Below, one piece after another: positions 1 through 9,803 of a stretch of 64,000 nucleotides of DNA. The stretch is from Thermodesulfobacteriota bacterium (GTDB lineage: Bacteria; Desulfobacterota_D; UBA1144; Nemesobacterales; UBA2774). Where the stretch lies: the NCBI GenBank assembly GCA_021604765.1, contig BQJP01000001.1, forward strand, positions 262,226 through 326,225. The letters run 5' to 3'. Position numbers and translations under genes: made by a program. The notes under the pieces were generated by a model. That model was given only the letters and a program-made list of their open reading frames with translations, was not told where the DNA came from and did no database searches. Within the stretch, counting starts at the first letter, position 1; each line of letters opens with the position of its first letter.

Positions 1-1540
1 TACTGTTAACTCGATTAAGAACCTGTCGAACTCACTTGAATTTGACGGCGTGCCTTCTATTGAAGAACTGGACGCGGGGCTTGAGGAACTTATTAACGCA
101 GCTGAGCTTGACCCGGATATCATCCAGGACTATCTCGATCTGCGTAATGCAATCCTTGAGGCACAAAGGGCCATACTTGGCTCGATCCAATCAATTATTT
201 CAAGCATCAGCTCGCTTAACAGCATTATTGTCGACGGCGGCGGAAGCGCCTTTGACCTGACCGGTTTCATAAACCAGGGGCTTGGCTCTGTTCAAGGCCT
301 ATTGGGACAGGACGGGCTAAGTGTTGAAGATAGAGAAGAACTCTTGGGACTGGGCACGGGATTTCTTGACCAGTTAATCGCAGAGGAGCAGGCAGCGTTT
401 CAGGCGCAGCTCCAAGCAGCACAAGCCGCGGCTGAGGCGCAGAGAAATGCAATCAGGTCTCAAATAAACGGGCTTGAGGAAGAAAGAGATTTAATCGAGG
501 AAAATTTTGACGCGCGCCTTGAAGCGCTTCAAGAAGAGCTTCGTTTGGCAGAAGAATTCGCTCGATTAACAGAGTCTATTCAGCAAACATTAAACAGCAT
601 TATCCTCGGCCCCGACAGCGTGTTCACAGCGGTTGAGCGGCTTAACATAGTGCAGGGCGACATCGCGTCTTTACAGTCCGAGCTTGCCGCAACAACAGAT
701 CCGTCAAAACAGTTGGAGCTTGCAGCACAGCTTGAGGATTCACTTAGCACGCTGTTTGACCTGGCAGGGGAGGCGTTTGGGGTTAACTCGCCTGAGTTTA
801 CAGCAATTTTCTCACAAGTAACCGGCGGGCTCAATGATCTGATCGACCTTACAGGAAATAGGGAACGTTCTGTAGAAGAGATAAACGCTGAGATCGAATC
901 GCTTAACATCGAGCGTAACCAGCAGTTAGAAGCAATCGACGCTCAGATAGAGAGTCTCAATGACCAACTGTCGTCAATTCAGGCGCAGAATGTAGAGGCA
1001 ACTTTCCAGGCGTCAGACCGAGTTCAAGAATTAGCAGAGTTCTTCCGCAATGAATATATTGCGCTCCTTGAGGAAAGGTTTGCTCAGCTGGGAGAGGTTT
1101 CCGAGACAGGATTTACGGAAGAGTTGGACGCGCTTAATTCTCTTGTACAGCTTGAGGCTGAGCTTGGTGAGAAGATTGACCAGGGACTTCAAATTGAAGA
1201 CTCGATGCTTATTGTGCTTAGAAATATTAATGATGCGCTGGGCGGGGTTCCGAGCTTTATGAACGGCACTGGAGGGTTTCAAGACTTTGGCAATGGAACT
1301 CTTGCGCTTCTCCACGGACGGGAAGCGGTGATTCCCGAGTCAGGGTTTATACCGTTTAGTAATTTCCAAGAAGCTCCCGGTGAGATGAACGTCAATATTA
1401 ATGTGAACGTGGACGGTGGCTCAAGCGGGACTGTTGATACGCTTGCTACCAACATCGAGGACATGCTCGTTAGGAGTATCCGGCAGGGCGGGAAGCTGAG
1501 AAGCGCTGTGCAGGAAGCCGGGGCTAAGAGGTTGAATTAA
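1..1540 (+). CDS. Phage tail tape-measure protein, C-terminal part. The gene runs off the window's left edge; the track start at 50 is an internal GTG.
   Basis: Reading frame is open from position 2. The protein is a long A/E/L/Q-rich coiled coil. It sits immediately upstream of the tail, fiber and lysis genes. Confidence 0.55.
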   Translation, partial: TVNSIKNLSNSLEFDGVPSIEELDAGLEELINAAELDPDIIQDYLDLRNAILEAQRAILGSIQSIISSISSLNSIIVDGGGSAFDLTGFINQGLGSVQGLLGQDGLSVEDREELLGLGTGFLDQLIAEEQAAFQAQLQAAQAAAEAQRNAIRSQINGLEEERDLIEENFDARLEALQEELRLAEEFARLTESIQQTLNSIILGPDSVFTAVERLNIVQGDIASLQSELAATTDPSKQLELAAQLEDSLSTLFDLAGEAFGVNSPEFTAIFSQVTGGLNDLIDLTGNRERSVEEINAEIESLNIERNQQLEAIDAQIESLNDQLSSIQAQNVEATFQASDRVQELAEFFRNEYIALLEERFAQLGEVSETGFTEELDALNSLVQLEAELGEKIDQGLQIEDSMLIVLRNINDALGGVPSFMNGTGGFQDFGNGTLALLHGREAVIPESGFIPFSNFQEAPGEMNVNINVNVDGGSSGTVDTLATNIEDMLVRSIRQGGKLRSAVQEAGAKRLN

Positions 1541-1566
1541 GTGTGTTGACTCGAATAATTTGCGCG

Positions 1567-1590
1567 TCCTTTTGATTGACCAAAAGGACC
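1567..1590 (+). terminator. Perfect 9-bp stem hairpin (GTCCTTTTG-ATTGAC-CAAAAGGAC) after the tape-measure stop; no T-run follows.
   Basis: Inverted repeat read directly from the sequence. Confidence 0.3.
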
Positions 1591-1617
1591 AAAAGTCACC
1601 CTCCAGGACATGAATTA

Positions 1618-1739
1618 CGCTAAAAATAAATTTCATCTCTAAATGATTTAATTCTACCCACATCCCGCAAATCATTTTTAACGTTCTGAAATTTATTTTC
1701 TAAACGCTATTCATGTATTTCGGGGAAATAAAAGCAAAG
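1618..1739 (+). promoter_or_regulatory. Copy A of a repeated ~120-bp intergenic element with nested dyads (AAAATAAATTT..AAATTTATTTT and AAATGATTT..AAATCATTT).
   Basis: Near-identical to 8355..8478. Both copies lie directly upstream of the first gene of a + strand module. Confidence 0.55.
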
Positions 1740-1777
1740 AAATAAACAAAAGAAGGTAGAGGTTAAGGATAAAAACT

Positions 1778-2575
1778 ATGGCGAATAGGAAATTATCAAA
1801 CAGTTTTTTGGGTATATCAGCAGATGCGAATACTACATCTGAGGCGACTAATTTTCCAAAGGAAAATGCAATAAATAGAACCAGTCCTCAGCGGCACTGG
1901 CGAAGTACTGTTACAACAGATACTAGGCTAGTTATTAATCTGGGCGCAGTTCAAACAAATCTGACCTGCTATTTGGATGATGTGAATTTTAGTTCGTTTA
2001 AGTATCAAGAAAGTGCTGACGGATCTAGTGGCTGGTCTGATATAGGAGCAACCAAGACAGTTGAGAAAGACCCTATGCATGGAATATATAGAAGAACGGA
2101 TGATATAACGCTTACTGGCAAGCAGTATCTGGGAATACTCATAGATACTCAGACACCGGTTGATAATGCTGGTTACTTTAGAATAGGCACATTCGCCATT
2201 CCTATGAGCGTTGTTGAATTAGACGCGGAGACTACGGTTGAATACCCATATGATGTAACACTCCCGAGCTCTCACATTGTCGAAAATAGATTTCCGACAG
2301 GGAAAACGGAGAAGATAAAACTAGGCCGATTGCAGCCGATGGTTATTTCCTTTGCACTCAAAACAGGGGTGCATCAAAACATAAAAGGGCAGGCAGTACA
2401 AGAAATCTCCAATCTGCTCAGAGATCCTACCAATACAATTTTCCTCGACTTTAACCTTGGGGAATCCTGGCAAGCGTATCTGGTTAAAAAATCAGGCGAT
2501 TTACGTGCTTCGCTGAGTACGCCTGCCACAGGAACTGCCGATTTCGGCAGCGTTCTATTTGATGTAATTACATAA
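1778..2575 (+). CDS. Phage tail protein, possibly a distal-tail or minor tail component.
   Basis: It follows the tape-measure gene and has an RBS AGGTAGAGG. Identity was assigned from its position in the tail module only. Confidence 0.4.
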   Translation: MANRKLSNSFLGISADANTTSEATNFPKENAINRTSPQRHWRSTVTTDTRLVINLGAVQTNLTCYLDDVNFSSFKYQESADGSSGWSDIGATKTVEKDPMHGIYRRTDDITLTGKQYLGILIDTQTPVDNAGYFRIGTFAIPMSVVELDAETTVEYPYDVTLPSSHIVENRFPTGKTEKIKLGRLQPMVISFALKTGVHQNIKGQAVQEISNLLRDPTNTIFLDFNLGESWQAYLVKKSGDLRASLSTPATGTADFGSVLFDVIT

Positions 2576-2597
2576 CAAATACAGAGAGGTAAATAAT

Positions 2598-3362
2598 ATG
2601 GGATTAAGTACTTATGCCGCCAATAAGGTCTTGGATCATCTATGCGGGACAGCAAATTGGTCAATACCAACAACAGAAATATCATTACACTCGACTGACC
2701 CTGGATTGACAGGAGCCAACGAAGTAAGCGCTGGATGGTATTCCAGGAAACAGCCCGCATCGGGGTGGAATGTAGCAACTACAGCGGGTGTAACAAATAA
2801 TGGCCAGGTTACATGGGATGCTGTAATAGGCTCTGATGTCACAGTGACCCATATTGGCCTTTGGGATACAGAAGGTTCATCTAATTTCTTGTTCAGCATA
2901 GATATTGCGAATAAAACCTTTACAGCGGGTTCCGTCCCCAAAATTTTAGACGGAACAATTTTGATAACTCCTGGTGCTGCATATCATAACGATATAAAAG
3001 CAGCAATTGCAGATCATCTGGTTGGTCGTGCTGCAATGGCATTTGATACTTCCGTGCATCTTGCCTTATATACAGTCTCTCCTACTCAATCAACCAATGG
3101 AACTGAGGCAATTGGCGGCAGTTATGCAAGGCAATCGATAGATTTTGATGCCGCTGCAAGTGGTGCTACTGATAACACAGATGAAGAAAATTTCCCCACA
3201 GCAACAGCAGATCTGGGAACTATTTTAGCCTTTGCTATTAGATCAGAATCATCTGGGACAGCAGGCAATATGCACCTGTTCGGAGCCTTGACCTCAAGCA
3301 TTATCGTTAATAATCAAGATGAATATAAAGCCTTAGTTGGCGCAATCGATTTTACTATATAA
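2598..3362 (+). CDS. Phage tail protein; specific role not assigned.
   Basis: Tightly packed between tail genes and preceded by an RBS GAGAGG. Confidence 0.4.
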   Translation: MGLSTYAANKVLDHLCGTANWSIPTTEISLHSTDPGLTGANEVSAGWYSRKQPASGWNVATTAGVTNNGQVTWDAVIGSDVTVTHIGLWDTEGSSNFLFSIDIANKTFTAGSVPKILDGTILITPGAAYHNDIKAAIADHLVGRAAMAFDTSVHLALYTVSPTQSTNGTEAIGGSYARQSIDFDAAASGATDNTDEENFPTATADLGTILAFAIRSESSGTAGNMHLFGALTSSIIVNNQDEYKALVGAIDFTI

Positions 3363-3368
3363 AAAACT

Positions 3369-6300
3369 ATGCCAAATATAACTGTATTTGCAACGACTGC
3401 TATAGATGATAGTACTGTAGGAACTAAGGCGTGGTCTAATCCTGGCAATGTTACAGCGGATGATGGCAATTGGGGTACTGGAGCTGGACTAGCGATTTTT
3501 GCTACTGATGCTTCTGCTGTAGCTAATTCGCATTATATACGATGTACCCCAGGCAGCCTGGCTGCTATTCCCGCTACAGCAACAATAGAGGGAATAGAGA
3601 TTGAATTAGAACGCGCCGAACAGGCGGATAATAGAAATGTGGTGGATTTTAGTGTTAGGTTATATAAGGCCGGCTCCACTAATGCTTACGTTGGTGATAA
3701 CAAAGCCGATACGTTAACCGAGTGGGCAATCGGTGATGGTACGACAGGTCAGCAGGAAATAGTAACTTACCCTCCATCAGCAGGCTCTACAGATCTTTGG
3801 GGAACTACTTGGACTAGAGATGAAGTAGTTAACGACCTTCAAGTAGGGATATCAGCCACTTCTGATCCTATGTCTGGTTTTGTAGCAGCAGGTTTAGATT
3901 ATGTAAAATTCACTATTTATTATAGTGTTCCAATCGAAGAAATTGCAGCTAATACCAATGTCGATTGGACAGGGTCCGCAACAATTGCAGGTGGGCTTGC
4001 AAAAATAGAAGCTCATGTAAATAGCGATTGGTCTGGTTCTGCTTCTATACTAGCTGAGAAGCACTTAGCTTCGAATGTAGATATAGATTGGTCTGGAAGT
4101 GCTTCAATCACATCCGATTTTAGTTTCAAATGGTCTGTTGAGCATTTAGAAGCAAGCACTTCTCACGGTTTCCCAAGCGTATATGTAGAGGTCGATAACA
4201 CTACTCAGCCTGCTGACGACTTCTCTTCACTTGTAAGCAACGAAGTGGTTTTTGAAAGAAGGTTACTAGAGATGCCGAGGTTGCAAGAGGTGCAGCTTGA
4301 TGAGCGTTCTGGTTTGGCTGGCTTTCAAAGAGTAACTATTCAGGCGGATAACTCAGACGGATTATTAAATGGCTTGGATCTGCAAGACTCATTTGTAAGA
4401 ATGTTTTTTGTAGATGCTGACGGGGTCTCGTATAAAGAATTTAATGGAAAAGTAGTAGATTGGATCCTTTCTCATACAGTTACAATCAATGTCGAAGATT
4501 TAGATGCGCTTGCGTTTACTCAGGAGCTTCCAAAGCGAACGCTTAATGATTTGGTAGAGTCTGAGAAAGAAAGACTTGATACTCCTGGGACCCAAACTGA
4601 GCTTGCAGAGTTTACAAACTCAGTTGTTGCTAATGATCTCGGAAAACCAATTCCAATCATGTTTGGCAGGGCTGTGAAAGTTCCGCTGCTTTATATAAAA
4701 GCAGATGAAACGCTTGTAATGGATGAATCAAAAAGGGAATACGATTATATACTTGGACAAGGGATAGGGTTAAATGGTAATAACTTTGAAGAAGTATTTA
4801 CTGTTTATAGAGATGAAAGGACGTTGGGTGATATAGAGGGACAGGTAAATTTTGGCGCATCCGATCTCAATACTGTAGCATTGGAAGCAGCAGATAATAA
4901 CCCCGACAATTTTTATCAATACTGGTATCTGGAACTATTCGATGATTCAGGATTAACTGATTTAGTAGATACGAAATATGTTACTAGTTCTACGGAGGAC
5001 AGCACAACGCCAACTGTTGAACTGGATAGCAATTTAGACTTATCTGGAAGCTCATCGCCCTATTATTATAGGTTAAGAGAATATCGCTTTTATGATGGTT
5101 CTCAGACGAGTCCTTATCCTGGTTATGCGTTTATAAGGTCTAAAAAACGCTTCGGTACTTCTAGCAGGACTGATGATTTATACGCTGACGTTAATGGGTT
5201 TCAGGATGAAGTAAATAGAGTACGAGCGATTGAAAGTATTTTGTCCAACAGCACTTGGGGGTTAGGCTTAACCGTTGATGCCACAAGTTTTACAACGGCG
5301 GCCGATATATTCTGGAATTCTTCTACTATGATGGGAATAGACCCCTTTACATGTGAAGGGGCAATTCTTAACCAAACTACAGCAACCGATATCTTCCAAA
5401 AATTGTTGTCCTTCAGGGATATGGTCTTGTATAAGGAAAGTGATATAAAAATATCTGTCGATCAGGATAAACCGACACCCGTCTTTAACTTCGGCTTGGG
5501 AGATGAAGCTGGATACAACAATATATTAAACGCAAGTCCTGCAATAACTTACAAACATCCTAATGAAAAAGTTAAGGATTTAAAAGTAAGATACAGAAAG
5601 AATCATAGAGAAAATGATACATACCTTCACGAATTCACAAGGGCATCCAGCACAAATGGTGTAGATGAAAATCTTGATATGCCATTTGTTTACGATCACG
5701 AAACTGCGGATAGGGCGCTTGATTACAAACGTAAGAGATTTGCTGCAGCGGATAGAAATTTGTCATTGGATATTGGGGACGACGGCAAAAAGGCCAAAAG
5801 AGGGGATTTGGTAACCATTGATATTCCAACTTTGGGAATTTCCTCCAATTGGGAAATCATAAGTTCAAGTGTGACTCCGGCGGGATCAAATAATCTTAAT
5901 CTGGCTCCTTTTAGCTCTGCACCCTATTCATATACCTCTTTTACTTCTGATGGCGGCACATTGCCAGTAGATGAGAGCTTTGATATACCACCTGATTATA
6001 CAAATTCGGCGCCATTTCCAGCAACTAGTGTGTCCGTAAGTATGCTTGAAGATGTGGTTGCTTTAACTATCTTCCCTTATGCGAAGATTACCTGGACTCC
6101 ACCTGAAGATAATTATGGCGGAGCGGTGGTAAGCGTGAAACTCCATAGCGAGGGATCCTCTGAATGGCGGGATATAGGAACATTTGATACCACTGCCAGA
6201 ATAGAAAGTTTGATACCGGGTCAACTATACGATTTTAGAATCACTTCTCTAAACATTACTGGCGAACGCAAAGGGTTAGCAGTTTTAGATGATAATTCAG

Positions 6301-7070
6301 GCAATGGTTACTTGGCTGGTGGCGACAGTTCCAGTCCAAACACTCCTACAGGATTAACGGGCTCTAGTAAATTTGGAGAACTTATATGGACTTGGACAAA
6401 TAGTACTTCTAATGATGTTAAATATCATGAAGTTCAGGTTTATAGTGCCTCATCTGGTGGAACACTTTTAGACAGCAAGAAGTATTTCGAAGGGGATATA
6501 CCGCAGCATAAATATACAAGGCAAACAGGCAATTTGACTAGTTCACTGTCAGGTTGGGCTAGAGTCCGAGCTGTAGATTATTCGGGTAATCCAACAGCAG
6601 CTGAAACCGGTTGGACGGTGAGGGTTCAGGCAATAACGGGGGAAGTTGGTAGGGGAGATGCTACCAATAATGATTTTAATTCGCAGGCCAGCGCATTTAA
6701 TAATGGAACCATTACTTTAGATGATGGATTGTTTACAGAAATAATTAGTGTATCAAAGTTTATAAATTCAGGGCAGCAAGTATCAATTAATGTAGGTTTC
6801 AATTATAGATTTACCGCAGATGCAGGCACGCCAAATACAACTCAAGGTAAGATTTTCCAGATTAAAAAAGGTGGTGTATCCCTCGGTCCCAACTATCGCC
6901 TTCCAACACTAAGGCAAGTAGGTGACGATGGTTGGGTGGGGATAACAGTTTTCGATATACCTGGAAATGGAACATTCACTTATTCAGTAGATGTAGAAAG
7001 CACAGACCCCCTTGTCCTTACAACGGCGGCGTCTACCAGGAGGATTGATATAAATGAATTCAGAAGGTAG
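3369..7070 (+). CDS. Phage tail fiber / host-specificity protein with fibronectin type III-like domains and three tandem 23-aa repeats (..DWSGSASI..).
   Basis: The protein is 1233 aa. An FN3-like segment reads WTPPEDNYGG...YDFRITSLNITGE. The tandem repeat lies at about nt 3955-4110. Placement matches lambda J-like genes. Confidence 0.55.
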   Translation: MPNITVFATTAIDDSTVGTKAWSNPGNVTADDGNWGTGAGLAIFATDASAVANSHYIRCTPGSLAAIPATATIEGIEIELERAEQADNRNVVDFSVRLYKAGSTNAYVGDNKADTLTEWAIGDGTTGQQEIVTYPPSAGSTDLWGTTWTRDEVVNDLQVGISATSDPMSGFVAAGLDYVKFTIYYSVPIEEIAANTNVDWTGSATIAGGLAKIEAHVNSDWSGSASILAEKHLASNVDIDWSGSASITSDFSFKWSVEHLEASTSHGFPSVYVEVDNTTQPADDFSSLVSNEVVFERRLLEMPRLQEVQLDERSGLAGFQRVTIQADNSDGLLNGLDLQDSFVRMFFVDADGVSYKEFNGKVVDWILSHTVTINVEDLDALAFTQELPKRTLNDLVESEKERLDTPGTQTELAEFTNSVVANDLGKPIPIMFGRAVKVPLLYIKADETLVMDESKREYDYILGQGIGLNGNNFEEVFTVYRDERTLGDIEGQVNFGASDLNTVALEAADNNPDNFYQYWYLELFDDSGLTDLVDTKYVTSSTEDSTTPTVELDSNLDLSGSSSPYYYRLREYRFYDGSQTSPYPGYAFIRSKKRFGTSSRTDDLYADVNGFQDEVNRVRAIESILSNSTWGLGLTVDATSFTTAADIFWNSSTMMGIDPFTCEGAILNQTTATDIFQKLLSFRDMVLYKESDIKISVDQDKPTPVFNFGLGDEAGYNNILNASPAITYKHPNEKVKDLKVRYRKNHRENDTYLHEFTRASSTNGVDENLDMPFVYDHETADRALDYKRKRFAAADRNLSLDIGDDGKKAKRGDLVTIDIPTLGISSNWEIISSSVTPAGSNNLNLAPFSSAPYSYTSFTSDGGTLPVDESFDIPPDYTNSAPFPATSVSVSMLEDVVALTIFPYAKITWTPPEDNYGGAVVSVKLHSEGSSEWRDIGTFDTTARIESLIPGQLYDFRITSLNITGERKGLAVLDDNSGNGYLAGGDSSSPNTPTGLTGSSKFGELIWTWTNSTSNDVKYHEVQVYSASSGGTLLDSKKYFEGDIPQHKYTRQTGNLTSSLSGWARVRAVDYSGNPTAAETGWTVRVQAITGEVGRGDATNNDFNSQASAFNNGTITLDDGLFTEIISVSKFINSGQQVSINVGFNYRFTADAGTPNTTQGKIFQIKKGGVSLGPNYRLPTLRQVGDDGWVGITVFDIPGNGTFTYSVDVESTDPLVLTTAASTRRIDINEFRR

Positions 7071-7404
7071 AAAAACAATATTTGTCTGCATAGTAAACAA
7101 AGATACAGGAGAAATTTATAGCAACTGCGCAAAGTGTTGTGTTGTGTCTATGGATAACGAAATAAACGTTATAGACTACCCCTGCCCTAAAGATCATACC
7201 GTTATAGAAATAACACAAGAAGAATTTCAACAAATGCATGAAACAATAACTAAAAACGGAGACCAGATTCATGCTCATAGAATTGAATTATCCAAAAGCA
7301 AAAGGCAGGTAAAGAACAGGGACAAAGAAGAATATACGGTTAACGAACATGGTATTAGTTATCAGAACTTAAGACCAGTAAAAGCAACAAAAGAGAATAG
7401 ATAA
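7054..7404 (+). CDS. AT-rich hypothetical protein, a candidate moron between the tail fiber and the lysis genes.
   Basis: Local GC is clearly below the flanks. It overlaps the fiber stop codon and has its own downstream terminator. Confidence 0.35.
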   Translation: MNSEGRKTIFVCIVNKDTGEIYSNCAKCCVVSMDNEINVIDYPCPKDHTVIEITQEEFQQMHETITKNGDQIHAHRIELSKSKRQVKNRDKEEYTVNEHGISYQNLRPVKATKENR

Positions 7405-7410
7405 AAAAAT

Positions 7411-7480
7411 AGGGCGGCGGCGCACATATAAGCAGGATAGACATCCTCCTTACCTCCTTTACACGCGCCGGCGCCCTTTT
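7411..7480 (+). terminator. GC-rich inverted repeat (GGGCGGCGGCGC ... GCGCCGGCGCCC) followed by TTTTAT.
   Basis: Read directly from the sequence. The loop is unusually long, about 40 nt. Confidence 0.4.
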
Positions 7481-7488
7481 ATAAAATT

Positions 7489-8082
7489 ATGAATTTAGCA
7501 TGCCTGCAAAAATTTTCAAGTGATTTTGTTGTTAGTCTCATGCCCGAGGCAAACAAGGTCTATATAAAGCAGTATTGGCCCGTAGTCTATATGGCGCTGG
7601 ACGAATTAGGGCTCGATTATGAAGAGATGCTGCTTATGGCGCTTGGCACAATTGCGGCTGAGACCGGAAATTTCAATATCGCACTTAGAGAGTACGTGTC
7701 GCAGTATAACACCTCTGCAAATGGCAGGATGATGAACCATTACTTTGACCTCTACGATTACAGGCATGATCTGGGTAATATGGGAACTCCCGATGGTGAG
7801 AGGTACCGAGGCGGTGGGGCGATTCAGCTCACAGGTAGATACAACTTTCGAGAAGTCGGTAGGAAATTAAAGATCCCGCTTGAGGATAATCCTGATCTTA
7901 TAGAGAATCCGATAGTTTCAGCCAGGGCATTGGCGACATTTCTGCACAGCAAGGAAAATGATATAAGAGAAGCATTAGGCAGGGGTGATTTAAGAAAGGC
8001 AAGAAGGCTTGTTAACGGTGGCTCGCATGGGCTTGACCGTTTCGAGGGCACTTTCAGGAGGGGGGAGAGATTGATTGCATAG
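7489..8082 (+). CDS. Endolysin, GH19 / COG3179 lysozyme-chitinase-like.
   Basis: The motif GGGAIQLTGRYNF resembles the GH19 catalytic segment GRGPIQL..NYNY. It lies in the phage late region ahead of the holin and spanin genes. Confidence 0.55.
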   Translation: MNLACLQKFSSDFVVSLMPEANKVYIKQYWPVVYMALDELGLDYEEMLLMALGTIAAETGNFNIALREYVSQYNTSANGRMMNHYFDLYDYRHDLGNMGTPDGERYRGGGAIQLTGRYNFREVGRKLKIPLEDNPDLIENPIVSARALATFLHSKENDIREALGRGDLRKARRLVNGGSHGLDRFEGTFRRGERLIA

Positions 8083-8284
8083 GATAACAAATACCAAAGT
8101 AATAAATAACCAGTACAACAAGACTGTTTACACGGCTATTGCGGGAGCGGGTCTGACTATAATATTTGTCGCGCTTAAGGATTATGGGGTTGATGTATCG
8201 ACCGAGCTTCAAGGCGCGATAACCACTTTTACTATGATGCTGACTACTCTTTTCGTTAAGAATAGAAACACGGCTTCTGCTTGA
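8075..8284 (+). CDS. Holin-like small membrane protein with a TTG start overlapping the endolysin 3' end.
   Basis: 69 aa with a single TM helix (VYTAIAGAGLTIIFVAL). Position within the lysis cassette. Confidence 0.3.
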   Translation: MHRITNTKVINNQYNKTVYTAIAGAGLTIIFVALKDYGVDVSTELQGAITTFTMMLTTLFVKNRNTASA

Positions 8285-8354
8285 TTCTATAGGACTATGT
8301 AACTACTTTTCCTGGATGAAAAGTAGCAAAAATCACTGACATAACTCAAATTTA

Positions 8355-8478
8355 GCTAAAAATAAATTTTCTCACTAAAATGATTTAATTCCACCACAAC
8401 CCTAAATCATTTTTTAACGCTCAACAATTTATTTTCTTAACGCTATTTGAGCAAATGTCAGAAAAAAATAAAAGCAAA
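8355..8478 (+). promoter_or_regulatory. Copy B of the repeated nested-dyad intergenic element.
   Basis: About 85% identical to 1618..1739. It lies upstream of the gene starting at 8525. Confidence 0.55.
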
Positions 8479-8524
8479 TCAAAATTAAATGTGAGCGGGT
8501 TGTATCTGCCCGCAAGGGGGAGTT

Positions 8525-8851
8525 ATGTGGAAGGAACTATTTAGAATAGCGCCTGAGCTGATACCGATAATCATTCAGACTGTGATGGATCTGGAGCAGG
8601 TGGTTACAGGCATAAAGAGGGGTGAGATAAGAAAGTCGCGCGTGATGAATATTATCTCAAACATTTTAGATACAAAGGACTATTTTCTAAAACAAGATTC
8701 CGACGGGCAGATGGAGATACTAAATCTTGTCTCTATGTTTGTCGATGTGATTGTCTCGACATTTAACTACACTGGGCTTTTTGCTTCTAGTGAGAAATTA
8801 GATTTTACACCGATTCCGGTTGAACAGGGGGCTAGCAATGAGGGCAACTAA
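8525..8851 (+). CDS. Hypothetical phage protein.
   Basis: ORF with an RBS GGGGGAG, within the phage late region. Confidence 0.4.
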   Translation: MWKELFRIAPELIPIIIQTVMDLEQVVTGIKRGEIRKSRVMNIISNILDTKDYFLKQDSDGQMEILNLVSMFVDVIVSTFNYTGLFASSEKLDFTPIPVEQGASNEGN

Positions 8852-9302
8852 ACTTCTATTCATAATAAGCTTGTTAATAATGGCATCCTGTGTTGGGAAG
8901 GATCTCACTCCGGCGACTGAGGTCGTATATCAGGGCGAGTTGATAGGGAATGAAGATTTTACTTATGCTTCTGCTGCTAAGGTCGTGGAAAAATGTCTCG
9001 AAGTTAAATCCTGCATGGAACTTGGTCAAGAAGATTATCCGTTGCCTAAGATTAGAGGCATGCGCGGGGGGAATGCTGTAGAGTGTGGATCTAATGATGA
9101 TGGTACGCCTAAGCTTAAACTCGGCTGTTACACGACAGATGGTTATATAACAGTTCCACAAGGCGCAGATCTCGAAATAATCTCACACGAATGCGTGCAT
9201 CATTGGTTGTACAAAAGCACAGGAGACGCAGATCCGCTTCATAGCTCAAATTATTTCCTCTCATGCTCAGGTGGACTGAGTTTGACTGAGGATTCCGAAT
9301 AA
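8838..9302 (+). CDS. Lipoprotein carrying an HExxH motif (HECVH). Start revised from the track's TTG at 8820 to the ATG at 8838.
   Basis: Signal peptide with lipobox LIMASC. An HExxH zinc-peptidase-like motif is present. RBS GGGGG. Confidence 0.35.
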   Translation: MRATKLLFIISLLIMASCVGKDLTPATEVVYQGELIGNEDFTYASAAKVVEKCLEVKSCMELGQEDYPLPKIRGMRGGNAVECGSNDDGTPKLKLGCYTTDGYITVPQGADLEIISHECVHHWLYKSTGDADPLHSSNYFLSCSGGLSLTEDSE

Positions 9303-9303
9303 T

Positions 9304-9555
9304 ATGGTCTCTATTCTTACAACTATTTTCGGCTGGATTCTGGCCAAGGTGTTTGGATTGGTAAAGCAGAATCAGACAGAGAAGAAGTATGTTGAATCAG
9401 TGAAAGAGAATTTTGAGCTTCGGGCACAAAATGCGGGTCTTTGGAAACGAAAAGAAGTTGAGAAAAAAGAAGAAAATATAAAAGAGGAGTGGGAGAAAGG
9501 GGATGAGGAACAAAAATACGAAATACTTAAGCGTGATTTTTCTGATCTTGATTAG
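9304..9555 (+). CDS. i-spanin (Rz-like): N-terminal TM helix followed by a charged coiled coil.
   Basis: 83 aa. The TM segment is ILTTIFGWILAKVFGLV, followed by a K/E-rich helical region. The o-spanin gene starts inside its 3' end. Confidence 0.5.
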   Translation: MVSILTTIFGWILAKVFGLVKQNQTEKKYVESVKENFELRAQNAGLWKRKEVEKKEENIKEEWEKGDEEQKYEILKRDFSDLD

Positions 9556-9790
9556 CTTTACATCATGCGCACCAAGGATTATAACACCCAGGGTTGATTA
9601 TCAACCCTACGAAGAGCTTAAAGAGAGCCAGCCTAACTGCGGAGGAGAGCTCTCCGCCCTTACAAGCGCTGAGGTTAAATCTGACCAGCTTATATTAGAC
9701 ACTTTATTTTGTTACAGAACCGTCTGGAAATATTGGGAAAATGAGTATCTAATTTTAGACACTCAGCTTGGCACTATAAATCAAAATTAA
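9503..9790 (+). CDS. o-spanin (Rz1-like) outer-membrane lipoprotein, overlapped architecture.
   Basis: Signal peptide plus lipobox-like FTSC, with a Pro-containing mature region. It starts 53 nt inside the i-spanin gene in a different frame. Confidence 0.45.
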   Translation: MRNKNTKYLSVIFLILISFTSCAPRIITPRVDYQPYEELKESQPNCGGELSALTSAEVKSDQLILDTLFCYRTVWKYWENEYLILDTQLGTINQN

Positions 9791-9803
9791 CATAGGAAGT
9801 CTA

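Noticed and set aside
1778-3362. Assigning the two small tail genes as Dit and Tal or as GTA g12-g14 homologs.
   Set aside because: No diagnostic motifs were recognised. Their position alone does not justify a specific family call.
267-5829. Antisense or nested ORFs inside the tape-measure and tail-fiber genes: 267..452, 580..909, 1031..1315, 1279..1464, 1421..1675, 2374..2778, 2636..2941, 5635..5829.
   Set aside because: They are shadow ORFs in compositionally biased regions opposite long well-supported genes. They have no RBS and no independent support.
8838-9302. Calling the HExxH lipoprotein a zinc metallopeptidase or the o-spanin.
   Set aside because: A single HExxH occurrence in a 155-aa protein is weak. 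A better o-spanin candidate (9503..9790) overlaps the i-spanin.
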